Part shown: positions 1-12,893 of the stretch, in pieces
Position numbering within the stretch: the first letter of the stretch is position 1
Layout: each line of letters begins with the position of its first letter
Origin: Squalus acanthias
Taxonomy: Eukaryota
Assembly: GCA_030390025.1 (NCBI GenBank)
Contig: CM059432.1
Location: forward strand, 126,606,001-126,670,000
Direction of reading: 5' to 3'
Length of the DNA: 64,000 bases
Notes under the pieces: model-generated
What the model saw: the letters and a program-made list of their open reading frames with translations, nothing else
What the model was told of the DNA's origin: nothing
Database searches by the model: none
Program-made: the position numbers and the translations under genes

Positions 1-660
1 GGGATTGGATGATGGGGATGTGGTGAGCTATGGGGATCCGGGATTTCATTCATGTGAATGAATGAGTTTGATGAGCCGGTCAGGGACAGCCTGTCTGGAA
101 GGCTAATTGTCTCGGTGCCTCCGCCTTAGTTCCTGGAGGGCGAGGTCCACTGCCAGTACAACCCCCATGACTTTTAGCAAGTGTTGTAGCTTGAAGCTTT
201 TCAGAAATAATTCTGGAGTTTTGTACTTACCACAACACTCCCTGATACCAAATAACCTTGAAATGAATAAAGAAAACTCTTCAGTGGCAGGAAGTAGCAC
301 ACAGCCACTCAAACTTCAAAAACCTGTCAGGTCCGAGTGATTGGTGAGGATCCCTTTAAATAGCGTCGCTGGAGCCGGCTTCTTGCTGCTGCACGCCACC
401 TGAAGCTGTCGTTGCTTTCTCCAGCCCATAAGTTCAATGACCAAAACGAAGTTGGGAGACTGGGCATCAAGTGAGCGTTGCACACTCACCGACGTCATGA
501 TCTCCGTGATTGCAATGTCCCTGGCGATCGAATTTACCAGCAGTGTTACTGGCAAGACGGATATGGCATGCAGCGCTGGAACTGCCATCAGCTGGCGGTA
601 AAGCTTTAAACGGCATTTTGGCGCCATCTCGTGGTGCTAAACAAACGAATTTCTCCCCCC
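1..660 (-). mobile_element. Right part of an internally deleted Harbinger element; transposase collapsed to an N-terminal stub fused to its C-terminal tail
   Basis: ATG at 168 (-) reads MGVVLAVDLALQELRRR, matching the transposase start at 3930, and joins directly to sequence matching the transposase 3' end/UTR at 2790-2890. TIR-like GAATTTCTCCCC at ~647-658. Strand given is that of the transposase. Confidence 0.75.
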
Positions 661-789
661 CCTAGTCATGGTTGCCACAGGCTTTATTCAGTACATAACG
701 GAGGTGCATTAATGCTACAGCACCTCATTGTCAAGCCACTCAGTGTAGCTGCAAGAAGGTAGTGCAAAACCATAGCAGAGCATCAGCAA

Positions 790-2693
790 AGGGAGAGCCC
801 ACAGATTTTCTGACGCGGCTCTTGAGGCACTGGTCGTGGCGAAGAGGCGCGCGGTCCTCTTCCCACACACTGGCAGGAAGCCCTCGCCGCACACCTCGTT
901 AAGCCTCTGGCAGGAGATAGCCGCCCATGTCACGGCCAGCACTGTGGTACCAAGGTCCGCCATCACATGCCAAAAGAAGTCTAATGACTACACACGGCAG
1001 GTCAAGGTTAGTGAAGGCATAAGCAAATGCCATATCCCACCATCTGCACCACAAGCCTCACGCAATATGCGCCACACCCGCAGCACGCACCTACCAACAA
1101 TCTCTACCGATCACTACTCACACATCACAATCAGAACTTCACTTCACTTTACCCTCACAACCTTACCCCTGCTGCAACACTCACACCCACCACACACTGA
1201 CAGCGATTCAACTATAGCAGGCACATCACCCAAACACATTGCCCCACACTCACTCATACTTTTTCTTGCAGGCCAAAGTCGCACACAACCAGAGGGAGCA
1301 GCAACAGATAGGCAGGGGCCAGGCTGACATCCATGACCTCAGCCAGCTGGAGGAGTGTGTGCTGGACATCATTGGACGGCAGATCATAGAGGCCGTGGCG
1401 ACAGATGAGGTTCAACCCCTTGGGGACAACAGCAGATGTTCATTCCTAATCCTCCTCCTCACATCCCACTTCCCCTGCAGCCCACAATCTCTTCTCACTT
1501 TCCAAGCTACTCATGCTGTATGCATGCATTTCTGGCTTCACCCCACCCTCCCCTCATCATAACCTGACTCTTGTGCCTTTCCGCTTTCAAATAATCAACA
1601 AGCACCTGAGCAGCCTGTCCCTGAGGGCACCGTAGAGAGTGAAGGAGAAGAAGAGGAGGAGGAAGACACCGCATCAGTCACTCGCAGACACCAGCTCAGA
1701 AACTGGCACTACGCGTACTTTAGAGGCTAGTGTAGAAGTGGGGATGTGCACAGGGTGAAGTACCAGGCACGAGTGGGCTGCAGAAAGTCCAGAGGGAAAG
1801 GGTAGCTCAGGGGCCATCTCCCCAGAGGGAGAGTTCGTGCAAGAGTTCTGCTGCACAGGACTCAGATGAGGACCTCGATGGGGCAGCCTTTAGAAGGGTA
1901 ATAGGCATGCACACCGAATTGATGGTGCACTGGCAAGCCTGCCAGAGAGCATCTCGGCAATGTCAAGGAATGTGGAGGAGTCCGCCTCCAACATTGCACA
2001 GGGCTCTGCACAGAGCATGGAGCCCAGGATTTCCAGCCTGGAGATGATGGTACACAAACAGACAGTGTCAACCCAGCCATGATGCTGCATGTGATGGGCG
2101 ATGTCACAGCTTCCATTGCTGCACAGCGGAAGCAACCCAAAGTCTTAGTGCTGCAGCAGAAGCACAGATTACTCTTATGCCGTCTGTTTGGCGTAATCGA
2201 AACTCAGACTGCTCTCATACACAGTGTCAGTGTGATGCCATCCAAGCTCAGACCGCTGTCATGCAGCATCAGCTTGAAGCCACCCAAGCTCAGACTGCTG
2301 CCATCGCGGCTGGGTTTACCACCGTTGACCGGGGCTTGCAGGGTGTTGCAGGCCGGCCAGCAATCTGTGCGCCAGCAGATTGCTAGGAATGCGGAGGTGC
2401 TGCCCCGGGGGAGTGGCAGTGGAGCAGGACCCTTGTCATTGCCCTTGTCGCTGCCCGTCTGCCAGCCCAGACTGCTGCCGCCTATGGCGAGGTGGTGCAG
2501 TCTACAGCCGGGCCTTCTAGGGCCACAGCTACTCGAGGTCATCCTGCAAGGCCATTTGAAGTCTCCCGCATGGAAACTCAGCAGCCTTCCACCAGCCATG
2601 CTGCAACCACTGGCGGAGAACTTCATAGGGAACACTAGATCAGGAAAAGGCACACGAATGACAGGCACGAAGAGATTGCACAAGGGTGATTAG
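790..2693 (+). pseudogene. Harbinger Myb/SANT-like DNA-binding protein gene, 3 exons, disrupted
   Basis: RAHRFSDAALEAL...WQEIAAHV...CQKKSND, donor gttagt at 1007. Exon 2 from 1272 (AKVAHNQREQQQIGRG). Exon 3 has QQSVRQQIARNAEVLPRGS, homologous to 52570-52625. Frameshifts and mutated splice sites. Confidence 0.8.
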
Positions 2694-2834
2694 TTAATGT
2701 AAATATATGTGAATTATTTGATAAGATTCCAAACAAAATCAATAAACTTATGAATCTTTTGTGCCCAGGAGAATGCTGAGAGATAGGGATGGTACGATGG
2801 GGATGTGGTGAGCAATGGGGATCTGGGGTTTCAT

Positions 2835-3930
2835 TCATTGGAATCGGAGTCTCACAAGCCATTCATGGAGAGCCTATCCAGAAGGACGATTGGCTGCCTG
2901 CCTCCTCCCTCCTCTTCATAGTCCTCCTCCTGAAGTGGTGCTGCAATTCCTGGCCAATGTGAAGCATGCAGCAGACCACCACGAAATGGGACACCCGCTC
3001 CGCTGAGTACTGGACGGCTCCTCCAGAGCGGTCAAGGCAGCGGAACCATTGCTTCAGTGGCCTGATGATGCTCCTAGTAGAAGCATGGCTCTCATTATAG
3101 GAGTGCTGGGCACACGTGTTGAGGTTGCGGAGGGGAGTCATGAGTCAGGTGGAGAGTGGATAGCCCTGGTCTCCGATCAGCCACGCTCAAGTTTGCTGTG
3201 GTTGCTGGAAGATTGTTGGCACACCGGACTGACTCAGGATGAAGGAATCGTGTCTGCTGCCAGGATAGCGGGCATTGACATTGAGGAATCACTGGACGTG
3301 GTTGCACACCACCTGCTCATTAAGTGAGTGGTGGCCTTTGCGGTTATGGACGATCTCAGGATTATGCGGCGCCCGCAAAGCCACGTGTGTGCAGTCTATG
3401 GCACCTTGCACCATGGGGAAGCCCGCTATCCTGGCAAAGACACATGCACGTTCGTCCTGCTTCTCTCTGTTGAGAGAGAAGACAACGTAGTCCCTTCTCC
3501 TGGTGTAGAGAGCCTTAGTGACCTCCCCAATGCAGCAATGCATGGCAAACTGAGAGATGTTAGCTATGTCTCCTGCTGCAGACTGGAAGGATCTGCTGGC
3601 AAAGAAATTGAGGGCCAGGGTGACTTTGAGGGCTACTGGGAGAGCCGTGTTCTCCCTGCTCGGAGGCTGCAGGTCTGGTTGCAGGAGATGGCAGAGTTCT
3701 GTGACCATCTCCTTGGTGAAGCGTAGCCTCTTAATACACTGTTCCTCACTTAAGTGGATGCAGGAGAAGTGCTGTCGGAAGACCCTAAGTGGGTAAAGCC
3801 TCCTGTTGCGAGTCCTCATGGCCCTCCTCCTCCTCCTCCCTCTGTGCGCATGTTCCCAACTTCCTCGCTGTCTCCGCTCCCTCTGCCGAAGATCCTGGAG
3901 CGTGAGGTCGACTGCCAGTACAGCCCCCAT
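2835..3930 (-). pseudogene. Harbinger DDE transposase, frameshifted
   Basis: MGAVLAVDL...GFPMVQGAIDCTHVAL...RKGHHSLN, then broken frames containing MTPLRN and LKQWFRCLDRSGGAVQYS. Confidence 0.9.
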
Positions 3931-4613
3931 GACTGTGAGCAAGTGTTGTGAGCAGAAGGCTATAAAATAAATAATGAATGCGTTCTGCACTTGCAACAAC
4001 ACTCCCTGTTACCTTAGAAACTTTAAAGTTAATAAAGCTGGTGGAGTTGCAGAAAGTAGCAGAGCCAGTCAAACTGAACAAACATGTCAGGTGCAAGCAG
4101 CTGCTGATGAGCCCTTTAAATACCGCTGCTGGAGCCTCCTTCCTGCTTCTCAACACTTGCTCTGCCTGTCGTTGTTAAGGCATGCTGGTAAGTGCAGTGG
4201 CGAAATCCAATGTTACAGATTGGGCGTCAAGTGAGCGTTGCACACTCGCTGACGTCACAATCTGGTTAATTTCAATCACTTCAGTGATACCGGCAGCACT
4301 GCTGGCCATCGCAAAATGGCAGCCGCCGCGAGACCCACCGCTAGCTGATGCCAGAGCCGCCATTTTCTCGCTCCATTATGACGGTAACGGCTGGCGTTAA
4401 ACAGCCGAATTTTTAGGCCGAAGACTCTTGCAAATACTTCAACCTTGTCTCATGCAAGTACTCTGGTCCACCATGGTTGAGGATGGAGATGTTCATGAAG
4501 TAGTCTACTCCCAATGATTGTCCACCACTATTTGACAGGATGTGATACGGCTAGAGAGCTTTGAGCCATTGGTTGTGGGGCTGCTTACTTCTGTCTATAG
4601 CCTACTGCTATTT

Positions 4614-5030
4614 GGGCCAGAACTTTCCCCTAAAAAAACCCAGGGGGTGGCGGGGGTGTTGGAGCATGGTAAAAATTCCCGACCTGATCCCGCCTCCAAC
4701 CAGCCCACTTCTGGTTTTAATGGGGGTGGGACGGGCGAGCAACCCGCTCCCAAGGGGCGGTACGTCAATTTAAATATTATAATGAGGCTAGAAGCCTTTT
4801 TTCACCTCCAGTTTGAATTTAAAGGCCTGTGGACGGATTTCACACAATTCGTGAAACCCGGCAGTTAAACCGAGCGGGGCTGCTGCATTCAGGAGGTAAG
4901 TGGCTTTATACCTACCTCCTGGATCCAGGGTCCCTACCTAACCCACCGCCCCACGATCAGAGACCCCCTCACATGGCCTCCGATCCCCACCATGAGGCCT
5001 TCTCCCTCCAGTGGGAATGATCCCATCAGG
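4614..5030 (+). mobile_element. Left part of a non-autonomous Harbinger-type element, same family as 48940; truncated by CR1
   Basis: GGGCCAGAACTTT terminus. Shares CCCACTTC..GTTTTAA, ATTTAAATATTATAATGAGGCT and CGTGAAACCCG blocks with 48940-49230. Confidence 0.6.
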
Positions 5031-5587
5031 TAGAATCATAGAATGGTTACAGCACAGTAGGAGGCTATCCGGCTCGTCGAGTCCATGCTTGTCCAAATCG
5101 CCTACCCGTTCCCCATAGCCCTGCAAATTTTTTTCCTTCAGGTAATTATCCAATTCCCTTTTGAAAGCCACGATTGAGTCTGCCTCCACCACCCTTTCAG
5201 GCAGTGCATTCCCGATCATAACCACTTGCTGCATAAAAGTTTTTCCTCATGTCGCCTTTGGATCTTCTGCCAATCATCTTAAACCTGTGTCCTCTGGTTC
5301 TCGACCCTTCCGCCAATGGGAACAGTTTCTCTCTATCTACTCTGTCTCGACCTCTATGATTTTGAGCACCTCTATCAAATCTTCTCTGCTCCAAGGAGAA
5401 CAACCCCAGCTTCTCCAGTCTATCCACGTAACTGAAGTCCTTCATCCCTGGAACCATTCCTGTAAATCTTTTCTGCACCCTCTCTAAAGCATTCACATCC
5501 TTCCTAAAGTGCGGTGCCCAGAATTGGACACAATATTCCAGTTGTGGCCGAATCAGTGTTTTATAAAAGGTTCATAAAGGATAACTT

Positions 5588-6082
5588 AACAAAAAACATA
5601 AGAAATAGGAGCAGGAATAGGCCACTTGGCCCCTCGAGCCTGTTCCGCCATTCAATAAGATCATGGCTGATCTTGGGCTCAAAGCCACTTCCCTGCCAGC
5701 TCCCCATAACCCTTCACTCCCTTATCTTGCAAAAATCTGTCTATCTCCACCTTAAATGTATTTAATGACCCAGCCTCCACAGCTCTCTGGGGCAGACAAT
5801 TCCACAGATTTACGAACCTCAGAAGAAATTCCTCCTCATCTCAGTTCTAAAACAGCAACCCTTTATTCTAACACTGTGCCCCTGAGTTCTAGATTTCCCC
5901 AAGAGGGGAAACATCCTCTCTGCATCTACCTTGTCGAGCCCCCTCAGTAGCTTATATGTTTCAATAATATCACACCTCATTCTTCTAAATTCCAATGAGT
6001 ATAGGCCCAACCTGCTCAACTTTTCTTCATAAGTCAACCCCCCCATCTCAGGAATCAACCGAGTGAATCATCTCCGAGGTGA
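5588..6082 (-). mobile_element. 3' fragment of a different CR1 subfamily nested in the CR1
   Basis: IPEMGGLTYEEKLSRLGLYSLEFRRMR plus its own 3' UTR. Flanked by the duplicated host 7-mer ATAACTT (5581-5587, 6083-6089). Confidence 0.9.
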
Positions 6083-8429
6083 ATAACTTCCTTGCTTTTG
6101 TACTTTATGCCTCTACTGAAGCAGCCCAGGATCCCGCAAGCTTTAACAGCTTTTTCAACCTGCCCTGCCACCTTCAATGAGTTGTGCACACATACCCACA
6201 GATCTCTCCGCTCCTCTCCCTTTAGGATTGTACCCTTTAGTTTATATTGCCTCTCCTCGTTCTTCCTACCAAAATGTATCACTTCGCACTTTTCTCCGTT
6301 AAATTTCATCTGCTACATGTCCACCCATTCCACCAGCCTGTCTATGTCCTCTTGAAGTCTATTACTATCCTCCTCACTGTTCACTATACTGGCAAGTTTT
6401 GTGTCACCTGCAAAATTTTGAAATAGTGCCCTGTACATCTAAGTCCAAATCATTAATATATATCAAGAAAAGCAGTGGTCCTAGTACCGACCCCTGGGGA
6501 ACACCACTGTATACCTTCCTCCAGTCCGAAAAACAACCGTTCACTACTGTTTCCTGTCCCTTAGCCAATTTTGTATCCATGCTGCCACTGTCCCTTTTAT
6601 TCCATGGGCTTCAACTTTGCTGGCAGGCCTATTATGTGGCACTTTATCAAACGCCTTTTGTAAGTCCATGTACGCATTGCCCTCATCAACCCTCTGTTAC
6701 CTCATCAAAAAACTCAATCAAGTTAGTTAAACACAATTTGCCTTTAACAAATCCATGCTGGCTTCCCTTAATTAATCCATACTTGTCCAAGGGAATGTTA
6801 ATTTTGTCCCGGATCATCATTTCTAAAAGCTTCCCCACCACCGAGGTTAAGCTGACTGGCCTCTAGTTGCTGGGTTTATCTACATTTGCAATTCTCCAGT
6901 TCTTTGCCACCACCCCTGCTTCTAAGGAGGATTGGAAGATTATGGCCAGTACCTCTGCAATTTTCACCTTTATTTCCCTCAGCATCCTAGGATGCATCCT
7001 AGCCGGTCCTGGTGACTTATCTACTTTCAGTACAGCCAGCCTTTCTAGTACCTCCTCTTGATCAATTTTTATCCCATCCAATACCTCAACTACCTCCTCT
7101 TTCACTATGACTTTGGCAGCATCTTCTTCCTTGGTAAAGACAGATGCAAAGTACTCATTTAGTACCTTAGCCATGTCCTCTACCTCCATGTGTAGGTCTC
7201 CTTTTTGGTCCCTAATTGGCCCCACCCCTCCTCTTACTACCAGTTTACTATTTATATGCCTATAGAAGACTTTTGGATTCCTTTTTATGTTAGCTGCCAG
7301 TCTATTCTCATACTCCCTCTTTGCAACTTATTTCCTTTTTCACTTCCCCTTGGAGCTTTCTGTATTTAGCCTGGTTCTCACTTGTATTCTATCAGACGGC
7401 TCTTTTTTCTGCTTTATCTTACACTCTCTCGTCATTCAGGGAGCTCTGGTTTTGGTTGTCCCTCTCCTTTTCCCCTCGTGGGAATGTACCTCAACTGTAC
7501 CCGAGCCATCTCCTCTTTAAAGGCAGCCCATTGTTCGATTACAGTTTTGCCTGCCAATCTTTGATTCCAATTTACTCAGGCCAGATCCATTCTCATCCCA
7601 CTGAAATTTGCCTTCCTCCAATTAAGTATTTTTACTCTAGATTGCTCCCTGTCCTTTTCCATAGCTAACCTAAACCTTATGATACTATGATCACTGTTCC
7701 CTAAATGTTCCCCTACTGAAACTTGATCCACCTGACCCACCTCATTCCCGTGAACCAGATCCAGCAATGCCTCCTTCCTCGTTGGGCCGGAAATGTACTG
7801 ATCTAGAAAGTTCGCCTGAACACTTCAGAAATTCTTCCCCCTCTCTGCTCTTTACACTATTACTATCTCAGTCTATATTAGGATAATTGAAGTCCCTCAT
7901 TATCACTACTCTATAGTTCTTGCACCTCTAATTTCCCTGCAAATTTGCTCCTCTATCTCCTTCCCACTAGTTGGTGGCCTGTGGAATACACCTAGTAGTG
8001 TAATGGCACCTCTATTGTTTCTTAATTCTAACAAATTGATTCTGTCCTTGACCCGTCCAGGACATCCTCTCTCTCCCCAGCACTAATATTCTCCTTAACC
8101 AATACTGCCACCCCACCTCCTTTCTTTCCTGAACACCTTATACCTAGGAATATTTAGTACCCAATCCTGCCCTTTGAGCCAGGTCTCTAATCACCACGAC
8201 ATCATATTCCCATGTGGTTATTTGCGCCTGCAGCTCACCAACTTTATTTATCACACTTCGTGCGTTTACATACATGCACTGTAAACCTCTTAGACCTTCT
8301 TGTATTTGCTCTTAGTCTGACCCCACCTAATACCGTACTCTCTCTTACTCTAGTGCTATCTGTATCTCCCACTCTTTTGTGCACCATGTTTCTCCTGCTA
8401 CATCCTGGTGCTCACCCCCCCCTGCCAAA

Positions 8430-9372
8430 TTAGTTTAAACCCTCCCCAACAGCACTAGCAAATCCCCCCCGCGAGGATATTGGTCCCGGCTCTGTTGAGG
8501 TGCAACCCGTCCAGCCTGTACAGGTCCCACCTCCCCCAGAATCGTTCCCAATGTCCCAGGAATCTAAAACCCATCCCTCCTGCACCATCTCACCAGCCAT
8601 GCATTCATTTGCTCTATCCTCCTATTTCTAAACTCACTAGCGTGTGGCACCGGGAGTAATCCGGAGATTACTACCTTTGAGGTCCTGCTTTTTAATCTTT
8701 CCTAGCTACCTAAAATCTGCCTGCAGGACCTCATCCCATTCTACCTATGTCGTTCATATGGATATGGACCACGACCTCTGGCTGTTCACCCTCCCCCCTC
8801 AGAATATTCTGTAGCTGTTTAGTGACATCCTTGACCCTGGCACCAGAGAGGCAACATACCATCCTGGAATCACATCTGCAGCCACAGAAATGCCTGTCCT
8901 GTTCCCTTAACTATTGAATCCTCTATCACTATTGCTTTCCCGATCTTCCTCCCCCACTCCCCGTACAGCTGAGCCACCCACGGTGCCATGGACTTGGCTC
9001 TGGCTGTAGTCCCCAGAGGAACCATCACCTTCACCAGTATTCAGTAATACCGGTTAGAGTGTGAGATGCACTCAGGCGACTCCTGCACTACCTGCCTGGT
9101 CCTCCTTTTCTGTTTGGCAGTCACCCATTCCCTCTCTGCCTGCACACTATCTGCGGGGTGACCACCTCCTGAAACATGCTATCCACGCAGCTCTCAGCCT
9201 CACTGATGCACTGCAGTGACACTAGCTGCTGCTCAAGCTCAGAAACCCGGAGCTCAAGCTTCTCCAGCTGACGACACTTCCTGCACATGTGGTTGTCCAG
9301 GACATGGGAAGCATCCTGGATTTCCTATATAGCACAAGATGTGCATTCCACGGGACTGAGGTGTCCTGCCAT
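8430..9372 (-). pseudogene. CR1 ORF1 (Cys motif, coiled coil, SGNH esterase-like domain), disrupted
   Basis: MAGHLSPVECTSC, CRKCRQLEKLELRVSELEQQL and C-terminal LYRLDGLHLNRAGTNILAGGFASAVGEGLN*. Confidence 0.8.
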
Positions 9373-9384
9373 GCCTTTATTCAG

Positions 9385-10000
9385 TGTTTCTTCCAAGTGA
9401 TGTTCAACATGGAGCATTGATTCATCAGTTGGGGTGGGTGATGTGGTCAGAGGTAATGTTAAGTACTCCCACTGGAATATATACCACGGTGTCCCCAATC
9501 CATCTCTGGTGGATCTTTCCTGCCGATGGGACAGGACATATCCAGTAATGGGCGATGCAGGAGTCTGGGATGTTGGCTGATAAGAGATATAATTCTGGGA
9601 GTGCAACTATGTCAGGCTGTTGCTTGGCTAGTCTGAGGACAGGGCTCTCAACCTTGCACCAGGTTAGGGATAAGGATCGACAGGGAGTGTGATTGCACAA
9701 GTTGTGTACGAATACATGGCCTGGCTCATTGCCAATTGGTCCATCTGATTTTCTCATTATTTTTGAGCTCTGTAGTGATTATTTACAACCAAGTGGCTTG
9801 CTAGGCCACGTCAGAGGGCATTAAGAGCAACTACATATGCTCCCTTCCCCAAAGGATATCAGTGAAGCAGTTTACTTTATATGGCAATCTGGCATCTTTC
9901 GTAGTTATTTTCCAGGTGCTACCAAGTTCACAGCTTGCCACTGGGGGATTTGAAATCATGCCCTCTGGTTGCTGGTTCAGTATCACAGGCACCATATGCC
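9385..10000 (-). mobile_element. 5' part of a LINE with tRNA/SINE-like head followed by an APE endonuclease remnant
   Basis: RLAKQQPDIV, GYVLSHRQER and LHVEHHLEE remnants. Upstream 9785-10000 resembles the head and body of the SINE at 43232. Confidence 0.65.
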
Positions 10001-10039
10001 GCAGATGGTGGTAGCTAGAGTTCAGACTATTTGTATAAA

Positions 10040-10400
10040 ACAAGAAAGAAGTTGTTTTTAATAAGAGTGCCTTACACATCCTCAGGCCATCCCAAAGTGC
10101 TTTATAACCAATGATTTACTTTTGAATTGTGGACAAAAGCAGCAGCTATTTTTTTGCACATAACAAGGTCCCACAAACAGCAAATGATATAAAATACCAG
10201 TTAATCTGTATTTTGCTCATGTTGGTTGATGGATAAATGTTGGTCAGGACACCAGCAGAACTCCCTGCTCTTCTTTGAAGACTGTCACGGGATCTTTTAC
10301 ATCCATCCGAGCAGGAAAATGGAACCTTGTTTTAACGCCTCATCCAATAAACAGGTTGCAGCTCAAGTTCTGTACTGAAGTACCAGCCTAGATTATGTGC
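10040..10400 (-). mobile_element. Degenerate SacSINE1-like DeuSINE
   Basis: Reverse complement of the Deu-domain blocks seen at 11370-11460 (GGATGTAAAAGATCCC, GAAGAGCAGGGAGTTCT) and of the tail. Confidence 0.7.
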
Positions 10401-10599
10401 AGATATTCCAATTAGCCAGGCTGTGCCCAGTCAGCAGTAAAAAAAAATTAAAGTGACTACCAAAATCCCATAAATAAATATATAGTAAGAGCCTTTTTAC
10501 AATTTTAAATGTGACAATCTGTCACACTTCTGAAGTCTGGCCTTGCACCTTTTTGTTTAGAACACAAGGCAACACTCGTTACAGCAGAGCAAGAACTGC

Positions 10600-10705
10600 C
10601 TTCAACAACAACTTGCATTTATATAGCGCCTTTAACGTAGTTAAACATCCCAAGGTGCTTCACAGGAGCGATCATCAAACAAAATTTGACACTGAGCCAC
10701 ACAAA
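10600..10705 (-). mobile_element. L2 3' tail fragment
   Basis: Reverse complement of GGCGCTATATAAATGCAAGTTGTTGTTG, matching the tails at 14735 and 37287. Confidence 0.7.
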
Positions 10706-10711
10706 ATCACA

Positions 10712-10948
10712 GCCACACCTGGAGTACTGTGCACAGTTTGGTCTCCTTATCTGAGAAAGGACATACATGCCTTGGAGGCGGTGCAACGAAGGTTCACTCG
10801 ATTGATCCCTGGGATGAGAGGGCTGTCACACGAGGAGAAATTGAGTCGATGCTCTCTGGAGTTTAGAAGAATGGGAGGTGATCTCTTTGAAAACATAAGA
10901 TTCTGAGGGGGATTGACAGGGTAGATGCTGAGAGGTTGTTTCCCCTCA
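10712..10948 (+). mobile_element. CR1 ORF2 C-terminal fragment
   Basis: WSPYLRKDIHALEAVQRRFTRLIPGMRGLS. Confidence 0.85.
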
Positions 10949-11204
10949 GAACAAAAGTCTAATTTATTGTACAGATACAAATCGGTCATAACCACAATGA
11001 GACCCCTCAGGATTAAGCTGTAAATTTAGTCCAATACATTCACTCCCTTCTGGGGCTGGGTTCTAGAACAGTGTTATAACTAGGAAGCCAGTCCTGCATG
11101 TAAACTGGCAAGCAAAGCAGTGCCAGCATAAATGCACCTCTCACAAAGAACAGGCTTGCAATTTCACCACACCTGGTGCACAAAGGAACTCTTTCCTCAG
11201 TAGG

Positions 11205-11740
11205 TTAGCCTTGGCTCAGTGGGTACCACTCACTTCTGGAGTCAAAAGGTCATGAGTTCAATTCCCACGCCAGAGACTAGAGCACAAAATCCAGACTGAG
11301 GGAGTGCTGCACTGTCGGAAGTGCCGTCTTTCACATGGAGACATTAAATCGAGGCCCCGTCTGTCCTCTCAGGTGGATGTAAAAGATCCCATGGCACGAT
11401 TTGAAGAGGAGCAGGGGAGTTCTCCCAATGTCCTAGCCAACATATATCCCTCAACCAACACCTAAAACAGATGAAATAAAAACCAGAAAATGCTGGAAAT
11501 ACTCAGCAGGTCAGGCAGCATCTGTAGAGAGAGAAACTGAGTTAACGTTTCAGGTCGATGACCCTGTGTCAGGCTAAAACCGATGACCTGGTCATTTGTT
11601 TCATTTGTTTGTGGGAGCTTGCCTTTTTTTTTTTAACAACAGTGACTGGACTGCAAAAATAAAGTACTTAATTGGCTGTAAAGCACTTGGGACATTCTGA
11701 AGTAATGAAAGGCGCTATATAAATGCAAGATTTTGTTCTT
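11205..11740 (+). mobile_element. SacSINE1-like DeuSINE (tRNA head, Deu domain, L2-type tail)
   Basis: A-box TGGCTCAGTGG, B-box GAGTTCAATTCCC, CTGAGGGAGTGCTGCACTGTCGGAAGTGCCGTCTTTC, tail AGGCGCTATATAAATGCAAG. Family name from recalled consensus. Confidence 0.85.
11475..11573 (-). mobile_element. Solo Penelope pseudo-LTR fragment inserted in the DeuSINE
   Basis: Matches 56780-56850 and 63230-63310. 13-bp TSD CTAAAACAGATGA / CTAAAACCGATGA (11462-11474, 11574-11586). Confidence 0.8.
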
Positions 11741-11874
11741 TTTTCCCTATGCAGGTTTGATGTGTGTATAAAAGCACAAGAATTATACACACATACACTC
11801 CTTCCACATATCATGCGCCATTGTAGACCACAATTTCTCCCACACACAAACTATTCAAGCAAAATGCCAGCATA

Positions 11875-12893
11875 TTGACTAGTGGGGCACCGCAGGGATC
11901 GGTCCTTGGACCCCAGCTATTCACAATATACATTAATGATCTAGATAAGGGAACTAAATGTAATATCTCCAAGTTTGCAGATGACACAAAGCTGGGTGGG
12001 AGTGTGTGCTGCGAGGAGGATACTGAGAAACTCCAGGATGATTTGGACAGGTTGGGTGAGTGGGCAGAAGCGTGGCAGATGCAATATAATGTGGATAAGT
12101 GCGAGGTTATCCACTTTGGTGTCAAAAACAGAACTGCAGACTATTATCTGAATGGCAATAGATTGGGAGAAGGGGAAGTGCAACGAGACCTGGGTGTCCT
12201 TGTGCACCAGTCGCTGAAGGTAAGCACGCAGGTGCAGCAGGCGGTGAAGAAGGCAAATGGTATGTTGGCCTTCATAGCAAAAGGGTTTGAGTATCGGAAC
12301 AGGGATGTCCTGCTGCAGTTGTACAGGGCCTTGGTGAGACCACACCTTGAGTACTGTGTGCAGTTTTGGTCGCCTTATCTGAGGAAGGATGTTCTTGCCA
12401 TGGAAGGAGTTCAGCGAAGATTCACAAGGCTGATACTTGGGATGGCAGGAATGACATATGAGGAGAGATTGGCTTATACTCGCTGGAGTATAGAAGAATG
12501 AGAGGGGATCTCATCGAAACATATAAAATTCTGACAGGTCTGGACAAACTAGATGCAGGAAGAATGTTCCCGATGGTCAGAGAGTCCAGAACCAGGGGTC
12601 ACAGTCTAAGGATAAGGGGGTAAGCCATTTAGGACTGAGATGAGGAGGAATTTCTTCACCCAGAGAGTGGTGAACCTGTGGAATTCTCTACCACAGAAGG
12701 TAGTTGAGGCCAAGTCATTAAATATATTCAAGAATGAGTTAGATATATTTCTTAAAGCTAAAGGTATCAAGGGATATGGGGAGAAGGCAGGTACAGGGTA
12801 CTGAGTTTGGATGATCAGCCATGATCTCATCGAATGGCGGAGCAGGCTCGAGGGGCCAAATGGCCTACTCCTGCTCCTATCTTCTATGTTTCT
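11875..12893 (+). mobile_element. 5'-truncated CR1 LINE (RT C-terminal half and 3' UTR)
   Basis: 208-aa open stretch with [37 protein letters not shown]. Frameshift near 12470. Tail TTCTATGTTTCTA. Confidence 0.95.

Larger units (their letters stand above)
661..4419. mobile_element. Decayed two-gene Harbinger (Myb gene +, transposase -); left end not visible
   Basis: Same convergent layout as 50687-54926. Right TIR-like GAATTTTTAGGCC ends at 4419. Confidence 0.85.
5031..9380 (-). mobile_element. Near full-length decayed CR1 LINE (ORF1, ORF2, 3' UTR)
   Basis: 3' tail ATTCTATGATTCTA. RT motifs [14 protein letters not shown] and LERVQKRFT, linker KSPGP, endonuclease region ~7560-8290. Many frameshifts and small deletions. 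Confidence 0.95.

Noticed and set aside
11875..12501. Functional reverse transcriptase gene
   Set aside because: 5'-truncated CR1 with no ATG start and a frameshift near 12470.
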